From NCBI GenBank assembly GCA_038043025.1, contig JBBTCW010000006.1, positions 26,710-90,709 on the forward strand: a stretch of 64,000 bases of DNA. Direction: 5' to 3'. This DNA comes from Pseudomonadota bacterium (GTDB taxonomy: Bacteria > Pseudomonadota > Gammaproteobacteria > UBA12402). A program made the translations under genes and the position numbers. The notes beneath the pieces were generated by a model that worked only from the letters and a program-made list of their open reading frames with translations, was not told the origin of the DNA and ran no database searches. Positions 28,291 to 38,733 of the stretch are shown here, piece after piece (within the stretch, counting starts at the first letter, position 1; each line of letters starts with the position of its first letter).

Positions 28291-29496
28291 ATGTTGCAAT
28301 TTATTGAGGATATTAAAAGTCAAAAACGCCCCGTCGTAATATTTGGTGCAGGTATTGTAGGCGAAGTATTGTTTTGGGCGTGTCAACATTTTAAGTTAGA
28401 GGTGCACTCTTTTTGTGATAATAATGTTAATAAAACAAAAAGCACTTTATGCGGTATTGATGTTATTCTTACATCTGAATTAAGTGCGAAACATAATAAT
28501 CCCATTATCCTGATATCTGCTGCAGACATTCAAGATGTTGTTTTGCAATTACAGGAATTGGGATATGAAGAGTGGTATTCTTGCGCTTCTTTTTTAAGAG
28601 CATTTGATGTCTTTCAATACAAATTTAGTGCGCCATCCGATTTTGCTGACTATGCTGTTGCGACAGCCATCTTGTGTCATGATAGTTATCTAACGCCAGA
28701 CAAGCTTTTTTTGAGAAGCGTTGATATTGTTATCACTGAGCGCTGCTCTTTGAAATGTAGACATTGCTCAAATCTAATGCAATATTATAAGCACCCAAAA
28801 GACTGTAGCATGGAAGAGGTATTGCGGGATATTAATGCTTTTTGCTCAGTTGTGGATGAGGTGAATGAGTTTCGTTTAATAGGTGGTGAGCCTTTTATGA
28901 ATAAGGATTTCCACGTGATATTAGATAGGTTGGTCAATGAGGCAAAAGCAAAAAAGGTGGTTATCTATACGAATGGCACCATTATTCCCCAGACGCATCA
29001 GCTTGAATCTTTAAAGGATAAAAAAGTGCTGGTTATCATTACGGATTATGGAGAATTGTCTAGAAACTTACAGAAATTGCTTGATGTGTTAAAAGTTAAC
29101 ACTATTAATTTTTATTTGCATAAGGTAGAAGGATGGACAGATTGCGCAAGCATCGTGAAACATGCGCGCGCACTCGTGCAGCAAAAAGAACTGTTTAGGA
29201 AATGCTGTGCAAAAAATACGACGACTTTATTGGGAGGAAAATTATATCGCTGTCCTTTCGCTGCCAATATTCATCGGCTTGGGGCAGTGTTGAATTGTAA
29301 GCATGATTATATTGATTTTTTTAAAGAACCTCAGGCTCTTGAGTTTATGAAAAAGAGTATTAAAGAATATTTGTTGCAAAAAGAATTTCTTGAGATATGT
29401 GACTATTGTGATGGGCGATCTTTTGGGGACGCAGAGATCGCGCCGGCGGCACAAATCAAGCAGCCTTTGGTGTGCGATGAAATTGAAACATTTTAA
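28291..29496 (+). CDS. Radical SAM protein with N-terminal Rossmann-like domain and Cys-rich C-terminus
   Basis: VVIFGAGIVGEVL N-terminus; CSLKCRHC (CX3CX2C); IGGEPFMN; additional C-terminal Cys residues (CPFAAN, CDYCDG). Start chosen at an internal ATG with an RBS; the ORF could begin at 28258. Confidence 0.55.
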   Translation: MLQFIEDIKSQKRPVVIFGAGIVGEVLFWACQHFKLEVHSFCDNNVNKTKSTLCGIDVILTSELSAKHNNPIILISAADIQDVVLQLQELGYEEWYSCASFLRAFDVFQYKFSAPSDFADYAVATAILCHDSYLTPDKLFLRSVDIVITERCSLKCRHCSNLMQYYKHPKDCSMEEVLRDINAFCSVVDEVNEFRLIGGEPFMNKDFHVILDRLVNEAKAKKVVIYTNGTIIPQTHQLESLKDKKVLVIITDYGELSRNLQKLLDVLKVNTINFYLHKVEGWTDCASIVKHARALVQQKELFRKCCAKNTTTLLGGKLYRCPFAANIHRLGAVLNCKHDYIDFFKEPQALEFMKKSIKEYLLQKEFLEICDYCDGRSFGDAEIAPAAQIKQPLVCDEIETF

Positions 29497-29514
29497 GATA
29501 GAGGGTTATATAAA

Positions 29515-31227
29515 TTGAATATACTGTTTATTTTTCCGCTTAATGAGCCATATAATAGCATAGTAAATGCGACTCAAACGCCGTGGAAATCCAAATTAAG
29601 CGCATATAAAAACATAAAAAAACTAGATTGCGCCTATCCAACCGGATTATTGTCTATTGCGGCGTATGTTAAAAAAAGTATTCCGGATGTTAATATAAAG
29701 ATTTTAGACATTAATGCGGTGATGGTTCGTGTCGCACAGAGAAAAAATGAGTGCTCGGAGAGCTTTGACGAATATACACGTGAAGATTTGTTAAAAGAAG
29801 CTTTATCTAATCTTGATGGCTTTGCTCCAGATATTATCGGGATTTCTTTGTTGTTTTGTAGTAATTATCGGGATTTGGGCGCGCTGGCATTTTTTTTGCG
29901 AAAAGCATATCAAGAAAGTTTGATTGTTTGTGGTGGGCACCTAGCCTCGGCGAGCTATGATCGTATATATGAGGATGATTTTGAAATTGATGCAATTGTA
30001 TTTGGTGAGGGTGAGCGGCCGTTGCTTGAACTGACACAAGCCAGGCTAGAGGAGAAGCAAGTACAATATTTAGAGGAAAGCCCCTCATGGGTGACAAAAG
30101 AAAAAGCGCAGTCGAAATCGAAGTTTATTCCTGAGAATAAAGTGATTGTTGATTTGGATGAGATTCCTCCTTTTGATTTAAGTATGTTGATATTTTCTGA
30201 TGTCTATTTTAATTCGACAAGATATTTTTTTGTCATTGACTCTCAATCCAATCACAATGAAATGTTTATATTTTCAACACGCGGGTGTCCTTATAAATGT
30301 GTATTTTGTGCGTCTCAAAATGTACACGGCCATAAAGTAAGATCTTATAGTGTAGATAGGATAAAACAAGATATTTTGTATTATCATGAAAAATATAATA
30401 TCGATAGATTTATTTTTTATGATGACCATTTTTTAATTTATAAAAAAAGAGCTATCGAGATATTAAATTTCATTTCACAAAAACATCTTATTGCCGAAGT
30501 TCCTACGCCAGCTTTTTTTTCGATTAATAAAGAAACCGCTGCAGCCATGCGGCAAGCGGGTATAAAAGAAGTGAACATTACGATTGAAAGCGGCAATAGT
30601 GATACGTTAAAAAATATTATACATAAACCGGGGGATTTAAAGAGGGCAGAGGAGGCAGTCGATTGTCTTCATCGAGAAGGCATTGTGGTTGTTTCGAATA
30701 TTTTGATTGGGTTGCCGGGCGAAACAGCGCAATCGATTGATAAGGGATTGGCATATTTAATGACAACCGAGATCGATTGGTTTCAATGTTTTGTTGTTGC
30801 GCCGCTTCCCGGGAGTGAATTATATAAAATCTGCGAAGAAAATGATTATTTGGTTAGGAATTATGATTTATCCACAATGGATTACAAAAAATGTTTAATT
30901 AAAACTAAGGATTTTGATCCAACATATATTGAAAACAAAGCATATGAGATGAATTTAATCCTAAACTTTGTCAATAATTACAATATGCGACAAGGAAAAT
31001 ATGATTTGGCATTGCGACTTTTTGAAAGAGTGATTAATACTGTAATAGATACACATGCCTTTGCATATTATTATGCGGCCATATGTTGTAAACAATTAAG
31101 TTTAGACGATAAATATCTTGTGTATAAAAGGAAATATGAGGAAATGATTGAAAGATTTATATTTTGGAACGCTTATGCTGACAAGTTTAAATTAAAACAA
31201 TTAAGTTCTATTGATGTTTTGATGTGA
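29515..31227 (+). CDS. Cobalamin-binding (class B) radical SAM protein
   Basis: N-terminal B12-binding-like domain followed by STRGCPYKCVFCAS (CX3CX2C... wait: CPYKCVFC). 570 aa. Confidence 0.65.
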   Translation: MNILFIFPLNEPYNSIVNATQTPWKSKLSAYKNIKKLDCAYPTGLLSIAAYVKKSIPDVNIKILDINAVMVRVAQRKNECSESFDEYTREDLLKEALSNLDGFAPDIIGISLLFCSNYRDLGALAFFLRKAYQESLIVCGGHLASASYDRIYEDDFEIDAIVFGEGERPLLELTQARLEEKQVQYLEESPSWVTKEKAQSKSKFIPENKVIVDLDEIPPFDLSMLIFSDVYFNSTRYFFVIDSQSNHNEMFIFSTRGCPYKCVFCASQNVHGHKVRSYSVDRIKQDILYYHEKYNIDRFIFYDDHFLIYKKRAIEILNFISQKHLIAEVPTPAFFSINKETAAAMRQAGIKEVNITIESGNSDTLKNIIHKPGDLKRAEEAVDCLHREGIVVVSNILIGLPGETAQSIDKGLAYLMTTEIDWFQCFVVAPLPGSELYKICEENDYLVRNYDLSTMDYKKCLIKTKDFDPTYIENKAYEMNLILNFVNNYNMRQGKYDLALRLFERVINTVIDTHAFAYYYAAICCKQLSLDDKYLVYKRKYEEMIERFIFWNAYADKFKLKQLSSIDVLM

Positions 31228-31269
31228 AAAGTAATTTAGTTTTTAAAAATTTATAATTAGGAGGGAATC

Positions 31270-32820
31270 ATGCGAATATTGTTTATTAGGAATTCTTGTA
31301 CGCTCATGTCGCATTCTCAGCTAGGCTACGGTATGGGCATCGTGGCGACGATAGCGCATGCGGCCGGACATGAGGTAAAGGCAATAGACAATAATACATT
31401 ATACAAATTTTATAAGAACAAAGATTTTTTTAAGATAATAAAATCATATAAACCAGATATTATTGCCTATGGGCTAACATTGCATAATGCTTATGAGACC
31501 TATCAACAAATTTCAAAACTTAAAATTAAGTTTAAAAATATAACCATTATTGCTGGTGGGATACATATGAGGCATTGTTTTGACGAGGCTTTGCGTCATG
31601 GTGTTGATGTGGTGGTGAATAGGGAGGGGGAAAAAGTTATTGTGCCTCTCTTAGAGCATTTGGAACGGCACGGGGAGGATTATAAAAATGATCTCGATTT
31701 GATTGCTGGAGTTTCCTTTGTGCGCCAGGATGGGCGGTTTCATTTTTCCAAAGAATATCCTGCCGTAGAAAACTTAGATGATGTTCCTGTGGTAAATTAC
31801 GAGTTGTTTAATATTCAGGATTTTATAAAAACGGGGACAGAGGCGGGATTGTTTTATTTTACGGGACAGAGGGGCTGTCCATTTAAATGCACGTTTTGTT
31901 CTGATGCAGTTCATAATTTAGATAAAAGATGTTCTTCTGCGGACTGGTTGTTTAAGAACGTTCGTTATTTGCATGAGAAATATCAAGTGAGTTATTTGCT
32001 TATTGCAGATAATAATTTTACCTTTCCTCGGAAGCGGGCGGTTGAGTTTTGTAGAAAAATGATCGATTCTGGGTTAAGTAAAAAATTGACATTTTCTTGT
32101 CAAACAAACACACGATTTCCATTGGATGAGGAGCTTGTTTGTTTGATGAGGGAGGCAGGGTTCTGTAGAATTAATTTTGGGTTAGAGCGCCTAACGACTT
32201 ATTCATTGCAAAAGATAAACAAAATGCAACCTTTTCAAGGGGTGCACGATGCGTTGACGTTGGTTTCTAAGCATAATATAGACCCGTCAATTTTCATGAT
32301 GATTGGTTTTCCTTTTGAAACTGAAGAGTTATTAGAGCAAGAGAAAGAATTGTTCTTAGATCTCAAAAAATATACGCATCGATTGTTTCTTTCAGTATTA
32401 TGTCCTATGCCTGGCACTATGTATTATGATGGCTCGCCAAAAATTAAAGAGTGGTATTTAAATCGAGATGCATATTTAATGTTTCGGGCATATTTTACGA
32501 ACGTGTTAGATATGCATACATTTAACACTATTGAGAGAAACTTTTTTAACCTATCTAAGCCTGTTCAGCACGCGCTTAAGAATTATTATTTGCTATTTAA
32601 AAAGATAACCCACGGCTCTGTTTTTAATAAAAAAACGCCGCTATTGTCATTATGTTTAAACTTAGATTTTTTGGTTGCTAAAATATCTCAAGCTTGCTTT
32701 TATTTTTCCCCCTCGCTTGAGTTCTTTATTTTCAATCATATAAAATCCTTGAGATATTATGCGGGTAATTATTTTCTTTCCGGCTATATGTTAAAAAAGA
32801 ATCTGGTAGCTGACGAATAA
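31270..32820 (+). CDS. Cobalamin-binding (class B) radical SAM protein
   Basis: GQRGCPFKCTFCSD radical SAM motif after an N-terminal B12-binding-like domain. Paralogous in layout to the upstream gene. Confidence 0.65.
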   Translation: MRILFIRNSCTLMSHSQLGYGMGIVATIAHAAGHEVKAIDNNTLYKFYKNKDFFKIIKSYKPDIIAYGLTLHNAYETYQQISKLKIKFKNITIIAGGIHMRHCFDEALRHGVDVVVNREGEKVIVPLLEHLERHGEDYKNDLDLIAGVSFVRQDGRFHFSKEYPAVENLDDVPVVNYELFNIQDFIKTGTEAGLFYFTGQRGCPFKCTFCSDAVHNLDKRCSSADWLFKNVRYLHEKYQVSYLLIADNNFTFPRKRAVEFCRKMIDSGLSKKLTFSCQTNTRFPLDEELVCLMREAGFCRINFGLERLTTYSLQKINKMQPFQGVHDALTLVSKHNIDPSIFMMIGFPFETEELLEQEKELFLDLKKYTHRLFLSVLCPMPGTMYYDGSPKIKEWYLNRDAYLMFRAYFTNVLDMHTFNTIERNFFNLSKPVQHALKNYYLLFKKITHGSVFNKKTPLLSLCLNLDFLVAKISQACFYFSPSLEFFIFNHIKSLRYYAGNYFLSGYMLKKNLVADE

Positions 32821-32830
32821 CGGAGCGGGT

Positions 32831-33772
32831 ATGTCAAAAAAATTAATTAGCATTATGAGTAATTGTTATAACGAAGAAGAAAATGTTGATGAATTCTATC
32901 AGCAAATTAAAGAAATCATGATGTCCTATCAAGATAAATATGAGTATGATCATCTTTTTATGGATAATTCTTCAACGGATGGAACGGTAAAAAAAATTAA
33001 AGCTATTATTGAAAAAGATAAACATGTGCGACTCATCGTAAATACACGAAATTTTGGACAGATCCGTTCCCCTTATTATGGGATATTGCAAGTAAAGGGA
33101 GATGCTGTTGTGAGCTTGGCAACCGACTTTCAAGATCCTCCGTATTTGATTAGGGAATTTATAGCGAAGTGGGAAGAGGGATATAAAAATGTTATTGGGG
33201 TGAAACATAAAAGCAAAGAAAATAAAATAATGTTTTTTATTAGAAAGTTTTTCTATCGCTTGATAGCGAAAATATCCGAAGTAGATCTGGTTGAAAACTT
33301 TACTGGTTTTGGTCTTTATGACAAACAGTTTATTGATGTTTTACGCGGTCTTGATGATCCTTATCCTTATTTTCGTGGATTGATTGCTGAATTAGGGTTT
33401 AGTCGTGCTGAAATATCATATGCTCAGCCGAAACGAGAGAGAGGGACATCGACTAATAATTGGTATAGTTTATATGATCTTGCTATGCTGGGTTTTGTGA
33501 ATCATTCGAAGTTGCCTCTGCGTTTGTCGAGTTTTTTAGGATTTTTTGTATCATTTGTTTGTGTTGTTATTGCAATAGTTTATTTTATTTATAAGCTGCT
33601 TTTCTGGTCTTCTATTCAGATGGGTATTGCACCACTTATTATTGGTATGTTTTTCTTTGGTGGCGTGCAATTATTTTTTCTTGGTATTATTGGTGAATAT
33701 GTGGGGGCAATATTTACGCAGGTAAAAAATCGTCCGTTGGTTATTGAAAGGGAGCGGGTTAATTTTGATTAA
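32831..33772 (+). CDS. Polyprenyl-phosphate glycosyltransferase (GT2, GtrB/ArnC/DPM1-like) with C-terminal TM helices
   Basis: ISIMSNCYNEEENV...DNSSTDGT GT2 signature. Two C-terminal hydrophobic helices, typical of GtrB-like enzymes. Confidence 0.65.
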   Translation: MSKKLISIMSNCYNEEENVDEFYQQIKEIMMSYQDKYEYDHLFMDNSSTDGTVKKIKAIIEKDKHVRLIVNTRNFGQIRSPYYGILQVKGDAVVSLATDFQDPPYLIREFIAKWEEGYKNVIGVKHKSKENKIMFFIRKFFYRLIAKISEVDLVENFTGFGLYDKQFIDVLRGLDDPYPYFRGLIAELGFSRAEISYAQPKRERGTSTNNWYSLYDLAMLGFVNHSKLPLRLSSFLGFFVSFVCVVIAIVYFIYKLLFWSSIQMGIAPLIIGMFFFGGVQLFFLGIIGEYVGAIFTQVKNRPLVIERERVNFD

Positions 33773-34250
33773 TACAATAAAAAAACATATTTTTAACGAA
33801 CGATTTTCTAAATTCTTTTTAATCGGCATTTGGAACGCGGCATTTGGTGTCGGTGTTTTTTCCTTATTATATTATTGGTTTCATCAATATGTTAATTATA
33901 TGATTTTAGTGATCATCACTAATATTTTAGCCATTACTAATGCATATATCTGTTATAAGTTAGTTGTTTTTAAGACGAAGGGCAACTATGTTAAGGAGTA
34001 TTTAAGGTTTTATATCGTGTACGGTTTTGCATTTGCTGTGAGTTTATTGCTTTTCCCGCTTTTTATGGAAGTGGTCTTTCCTTTTTTGGCAGCGCATATG
34101 CCAAATTATTATGGTATCTTTAATTACAAGGCTTATTTGTCGCAACTTGTCATTACTAGTATCACCATGTTTGTCAGTTATTTTGGGCATCTTAAGGTTT
34201 CTTTTCGTGAGGAAGCCTCTTCAGAGGTGTTGCCCGATGGAGAAGGTTGA
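33744..34250 (+). CDS. GtrA-family small membrane protein
   Basis: 168 aa with about 4 TM helices (FLIGIWNAAFGVGVF...). Positioned after a GtrB-like gene. Confidence 0.55.
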   Translation: MKGSGLILINTIKKHIFNERFSKFFLIGIWNAAFGVGVFSLLYYWFHQYVNYMILVIITNILAITNAYICYKLVVFKTKGNYVKEYLRFYIVYGFAFAVSLLLFPLFMEVVFPFLAAHMPNYYGIFNYKAYLSQLVITSITMFVSYFGHLKVSFREEASSEVLPDGEG

Positions 34251-36055
34251 AAGTTATGATTAAACTATCGGATTATGTTGCAAAATTTATTGTAGATAAA
34301 AAAATAAAAAATTTGTTTTTATTGCCGGGTGGCGGATGTATGCATTTAGTTGATTCATTTGGTTGTCGTTCGGAGATTAAAAAGATTTGTTGTCTTCACG
34401 AGCAGGCGGCAGTCATCGCGGCAGATGCATGTAGTCAATACACCAATGATTTTGGCGTTGCGCTGGTGACAACAGGCCCGGGCGCGACAAATGCGATTAC
34501 AGGTGTTGCAGGGGCTTGGATCGATTCGGTTCCGATGATGGTGATTTCAGGCCAAGTGAAACGGCAAGACATGATGGGTCAGAGCAGATTGCGACAAAAG
34601 GGCGTTCAAGAAGTCGATATTATTACGATGGTGAAATCAATTACTAAATATGCTGTGACCGTGATGGATCCACAGCGCATTCGATATCATTTAGAAAAAG
34701 CCTATTGTTTAGCGCGCACGGGTTGTTCGGGTCCTGTTTGGATTGATATTCCATTGGATGTGCAGGGTGCAATGATCGAGGAGGATGCGTTAGAGCAGTT
34801 TATTCCTGCGCAAATCACTCGGCCGGATTTATCAGATCAAATAGATCATGTAGTCGATTTATTAAATCAGGCTAAACGACCGGTTCTTTTGGTTGGGAAT
34901 GGTGTGCGTTTGTCACATGGCATGTCAGAATTTTATGAATTAATTGACGCATTGAACATTCCTGTGTTAACCACTTGGAAATCAATCGATTTTTTATCGG
35001 AAGACCACCCGTTATTTTTTGGTCGCCCCGGGTCGATTGGACAACGTTATGCGAATTTGATTCAGCAAAATAGTGATTTATTCATAACCATTGGTGCGCG
35101 TCTTGATTTGGCGCAGATTGGTTATAATTATGGATGGGTCGCGCGTGAAGCGAGAAAAGTAGTGGTCGATGTTGATCAAGCGCAAATTGATAAAATGAGT
35201 GACATGCATATTGATGTGAGTGTTTGCGCGGACGCAAAGAATTTTATTAATCATCTGCTGGTAAAACAAAATGTAATCAATCGGTCGGATAGAAAAAAAT
35301 GGTTTGATCAATGCAAGATATGGAAGCAAAAATATCCCGTCATATTGTCAGCTTATTATGATGAGAAAAATTATGTTAATACCTATGTGTTGGTTGATAT
35401 CTTATCTGAACTATTGACAGAAGATGATGTGTTGGTGCCCGGAAGTTCAGGGAGTTGTAGTGAAATATTATCACAAGCATTTAAGGTGAAAAAAGGACAG
35501 CGAATTTTTAATAATCCGGGTTTAGGATCAATGGGATATGGATTGCCGGCGAGCATGGGTGCATGTGTTGCGAGCGGTAAGCGGACGATTACCGTGATTG
35601 GAGATGGTGGTTTGCAGCATAATATTCAAGAGTTGGAGACGATCCATCGATTGCAATTGCCGTTGAAAATATTTATTTTAAATAATAATGGTTATGCGTC
35701 GATTCGAAATATGCAGCGCAATTATTTTGATAAAAATTATATGTGCTGTGATCCATCGTCTGGCTTAACGGTGCCAAATACTTGTGATGTTGCATCGGCG
35801 TATAAAATCGCAACAACCCGAATTTATAATCATGAAAACATGAAAGAAAAAATAATGGCGGTTTTGCAAAGCAAGGGACCGATGATATGCGATGTGATGG
35901 TGAATCCTGATTTAATTACAGCGCCGCGTTTGTCTTCTGAAGTTAATAAAGATGGAAAAATCACATCGAAGCCGCTCGAAGATTTATGGCCATTTTTGGA
36001 TCGAGATGAATTTTTAGCGAATATGTTGGTGCCGGTGCTTGAGGCAAGTGAATGA
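34247..36055 (+). CDS. Thiamine-diphosphate-dependent enzyme of the acetolactate synthase/YerE-like family
   Basis: 602 aa. ThDP motif GDGGLQHNIQELETI...NNNGY. N-terminal TPP_enzyme_N-like TTGPGATNAITG. Confidence 0.7.
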   Translation: MKVMIKLSDYVAKFIVDKKIKNLFLLPGGGCMHLVDSFGCRSEIKKICCLHEQAAVIAADACSQYTNDFGVALVTTGPGATNAITGVAGAWIDSVPMMVISGQVKRQDMMGQSRLRQKGVQEVDIITMVKSITKYAVTVMDPQRIRYHLEKAYCLARTGCSGPVWIDIPLDVQGAMIEEDALEQFIPAQITRPDLSDQIDHVVDLLNQAKRPVLLVGNGVRLSHGMSEFYELIDALNIPVLTTWKSIDFLSEDHPLFFGRPGSIGQRYANLIQQNSDLFITIGARLDLAQIGYNYGWVAREARKVVVDVDQAQIDKMSDMHIDVSVCADAKNFINHLLVKQNVINRSDRKKWFDQCKIWKQKYPVILSAYYDEKNYVNTYVLVDILSELLTEDDVLVPGSSGSCSEILSQAFKVKKGQRIFNNPGLGSMGYGLPASMGACVASGKRTITVIGDGGLQHNIQELETIHRLQLPLKIFILNNNGYASIRNMQRNYFDKNYMCCDPSSGLTVPNTCDVASAYKIATTRIYNHENMKEKIMAVLQSKGPMICDVMVNPDLITAPRLSSEVNKDGKITSKPLEDLWPFLDRDEFLANMLVPVLEASE

Positions 36056-36927
36056 AGATATTGATTACAGGGGGCGCTGGTTTTATTGCAAAAAGTTTGT
36101 TTGATGAGCTTAATCAATTGTACGATGTAATTCTTTGTTCTCGAACAGATCTTGATTTGCTGGAGCCACAAGCCGTTTTTGAATATATTAAACGCTTTCA
36201 GTTTGATGTTGTTATTCATGCGGCGACTTATGATGCCGCGCCAACCTGTTCGATAAAAAATCCAAGCAAAGTATTAGAAAATAATTTGAAAATGTTTTTT
36301 AATATTGTGCGTTGTCAGAATTATTTTGGGAGATTAATTTATTTTGGCTCAGGAGCTGAATATGATCGTAATTATTGGGTGCCTAAAATGAAGGAAAGTT
36401 ATTTCGATCGACATATCCCGACTGATCAATATGGGTTTTCAAAATATATTATGACTAAATATATGCAGCACAGTAAAAATATTTATAATCTCAGGTTGTT
36501 TGGTGTGTTTGGGAAATACGATGATTGGCGCTATCGTTTTATTCCCAATGCTTGTTGCAGAGCTTTATTGGGTCGGCCTATTGTGATCCGTCAAAATAAG
36601 ATGTTTGATTTTATGTATATTGATGATTTAGTGGAAATAGTAAAATGGATTATATTGGCTCAGCCAATAGAAAATATATATAATGTTTGTTCAGGTCGGG
36701 CGCTTGAACTAAAGGCAATAGCCAAAACAATTGTAGAGGTGTCTGGGAAGCAGTCAGAAATCATTTGTTTGGAGTCGCAATTAGCCAGCGAATATAGTGG
36801 AGATAACGCTTTGCTTTTAAGTGAGCTAAAGGATTTTAGATTTTATGGGATAGAACAGGCCATTCAGAATTTGTATGATTGGTATGCAAGTAATGTATCT
36901 TTAATTTGTGAGGATCAATTGTGTTAA
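36052..36927 (+). CDS. NAD-dependent epimerase/dehydratase/reductase (SDR family)
   Basis: ITGGAGFIAKSL Rossmann motif. 291 aa. YxxxK-like YIMTK. Confidence 0.55.
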   Translation: MKILITGGAGFIAKSLFDELNQLYDVILCSRTDLDLLEPQAVFEYIKRFQFDVVIHAATYDAAPTCSIKNPSKVLENNLKMFFNIVRCQNYFGRLIYFGSGAEYDRNYWVPKMKESYFDRHIPTDQYGFSKYIMTKYMQHSKNIYNLRLFGVFGKYDDWRYRFIPNACCRALLGRPIVIRQNKMFDFMYIDDLVEIVKWIILAQPIENIYNVCSGRALELKAIAKTIVEVSGKQSEIICLESQLASEYSGDNALLLSELKDFRFYGIEQAIQNLYDWYASNVSLICEDQLC

Positions 36928-37439
36928 ATAATATTACGATACATGATGCCATTGCGTTTTTGGAACATCAAGTTGTGAATTCGTCCAAAGGGTTGCCGCA
37001 GGAATTATTTTTCTTTGTGACTCGAATGACGCCTATGGTAAATGTTGATTTGTTGGTGAGAGATGAAACAGGGCGAATTTTATTGGCGTGGCGCGATGAC
37101 CAATTTGCTGGAGCAGGTTGGCATGTTCCCGGAGGCATTATTCGGTTTAAAGAAACGATGATGACGCGTTTGTTAAAGATAGCTGACACTGAAATTGGTG
37201 CTGTTGTTGAACTAGATGCAGCGCCCATTGCCATTAATGAAGTTATTTGTGAACATGACACGCGAGGACATTTTATTTCTGTTTTATATCGAGGATATCT
37301 ATCGAGTAAATTTGAACCTAAAAATATGGGTTTGAAAGATACGGATCCTGGTTATCTGGCGTGGCATTCAGTATGTCCTAATAATCTTGTGACGGTGCAT
37401 GAGATGTATAGAATTTATTTGAACAATGAAAAATGTTAG
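36921..37439 (+). CDS. Nudix-hydrolase-like protein (degenerate Nudix box)
   Basis: GGIIRFKETMMTRLLKIADTEIG approximates the Gx5Ex7REUxEExGU Nudix box. Size about 170 aa, similar to GDP-sugar hydrolases. Confidence 0.4.
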   Translation: MLNNITIHDAIAFLEHQVVNSSKGLPQELFFFVTRMTPMVNVDLLVRDETGRILLAWRDDQFAGAGWHVPGGIIRFKETMMTRLLKIADTEIGAVVELDAAPIAINEVICEHDTRGHFISVLYRGYLSSKFEPKNMGLKDTDPGYLAWHSVCPNNLVTVHEMYRIYLNNEKC

Positions 37440-38733
37440 GGTTGTTATAATGCTTAAAAATGCATTGTCTTTTTTCATACCACATAAGCGATTCAATATT
37501 TTTTCGGGGACGAATACTTGGAAAGAGTGGAGGATGTTTTTTTGTTCTTATTTTACATTCGGGTCTTATCAGGATGAGTCTGTAATTGATGATTATGAAA
37601 AAGCGTTTGCAAAAGCATCGGATACTATTCATGCGATTAGTTTTGGCGCGGGTCGCATGGGGTTATATGCTATCTTAGAGGCGTTGGGGTTGCAGATGGG
37701 CGATGAAATTATTCTGCCAGCATTTACTTGCGTGGTCGTGCCCAATGCCATTATCTATCGAGGACTTAAGCCCATTTATGTTGATATTGATCCCGTTACG
37801 TTTAATATAGATGTTTCAAAAATAGAAAAGGCCATTACGTCTCGTACACGTGCGCTATATATTCAACATACGTTTGGTATTATTTGTGATATTGAGAAGG
37901 CGCGAGAAATTGCTGATCGATATAAATTATATCTTGTCGAGGATGCGTGCCATGCGTTGGGCGCTACTTATAAAGGAAAGAAAGCAGGCTCCTTGGCCGA
38001 TGTTGCCTATTTTAGTACGGATCATTCGAAAGTGATCAGTACGGTTTTGGGCGGTATGGTGACAACAAACAATGATGAGTGGGCAACAAAAATACGTGCT
38101 ATTCAGCAATCCTCGCCTTTTTTAACGCGAAAAATGGTTCACAGAGTTATATTAGCTTTTTTAACCGAGTATATGTTGCTTTCTCCTTATGGTGTTTGGT
38201 TGGGACGAAAGTTTTTCGCCGCGCTAGTAAAATTCAAAATGATTTTCTTTTATCATGATGAATTGAAAACAGAGAGGCCGACGGATTATCCTTATCCTTG
38301 TCGGTTGTCGTCGATTCAGGCAAAACTGGGCTTGTCTCAATTGGCTGATTTGGATCGCAATTTAGACTATCGTCGCAAAATAGCATTGTGGTTAGAATCA
38401 AGAATTAAGTGGTATGATGATTTACCTCAAGAATTTTTGCTACAACAAACGTGGATTCGTTATTCTTTTTTAGTGGCGGATAGAAAAAAATTTGAGGCGC
38501 TTTTTTGTCATCATTTTGATTTAGGTATTTGGTTTACGAGTATTTTGCATGGGCGAGTTGATGATTTGGATCAACTGGGTTATATTCAGGGATCATGCCC
38601 GGTGGCAGAATTTGTCGCGCAACATATTGTGAATTTTCCGACACATTTGCGTATTCCTTTAAAATTTTTACAAGATAATTGGTTAGAGTATGAGAAGGTG
38701 GTTTTAACTATGTTGGATAGGACGGTAGTATGA
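37426..38733 (+). CDS. DegT/DnrJ/EryC1-family PLP/PMP-dependent enzyme
   Basis: EDACHALGATYKGK, YFSTDHSKVIS (Lys) and HTFGIICD. Start uncertain; N-terminus atypical. Confidence 0.55.
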   Translation: MKNVRVVIMLKNALSFFIPHKRFNIFSGTNTWKEWRMFFCSYFTFGSYQDESVIDDYEKAFAKASDTIHAISFGAGRMGLYAILEALGLQMGDEIILPAFTCVVVPNAIIYRGLKPIYVDIDPVTFNIDVSKIEKAITSRTRALYIQHTFGIICDIEKAREIADRYKLYLVEDACHALGATYKGKKAGSLADVAYFSTDHSKVISTVLGGMVTTNNDEWATKIRAIQQSSPFLTRKMVHRVILAFLTEYMLLSPYGVWLGRKFFAALVKFKMIFFYHDELKTERPTDYPYPCRLSSIQAKLGLSQLADLDRNLDYRRKIALWLESRIKWYDDLPQEFLLQQTWIRYSFLVADRKKFEALFCHHFDLGIWFTSILHGRVDDLDQLGYIQGSCPVAEFVAQHIVNFPTHLRIPLKFLQDNWLEYEKVVLTMLDRTVV

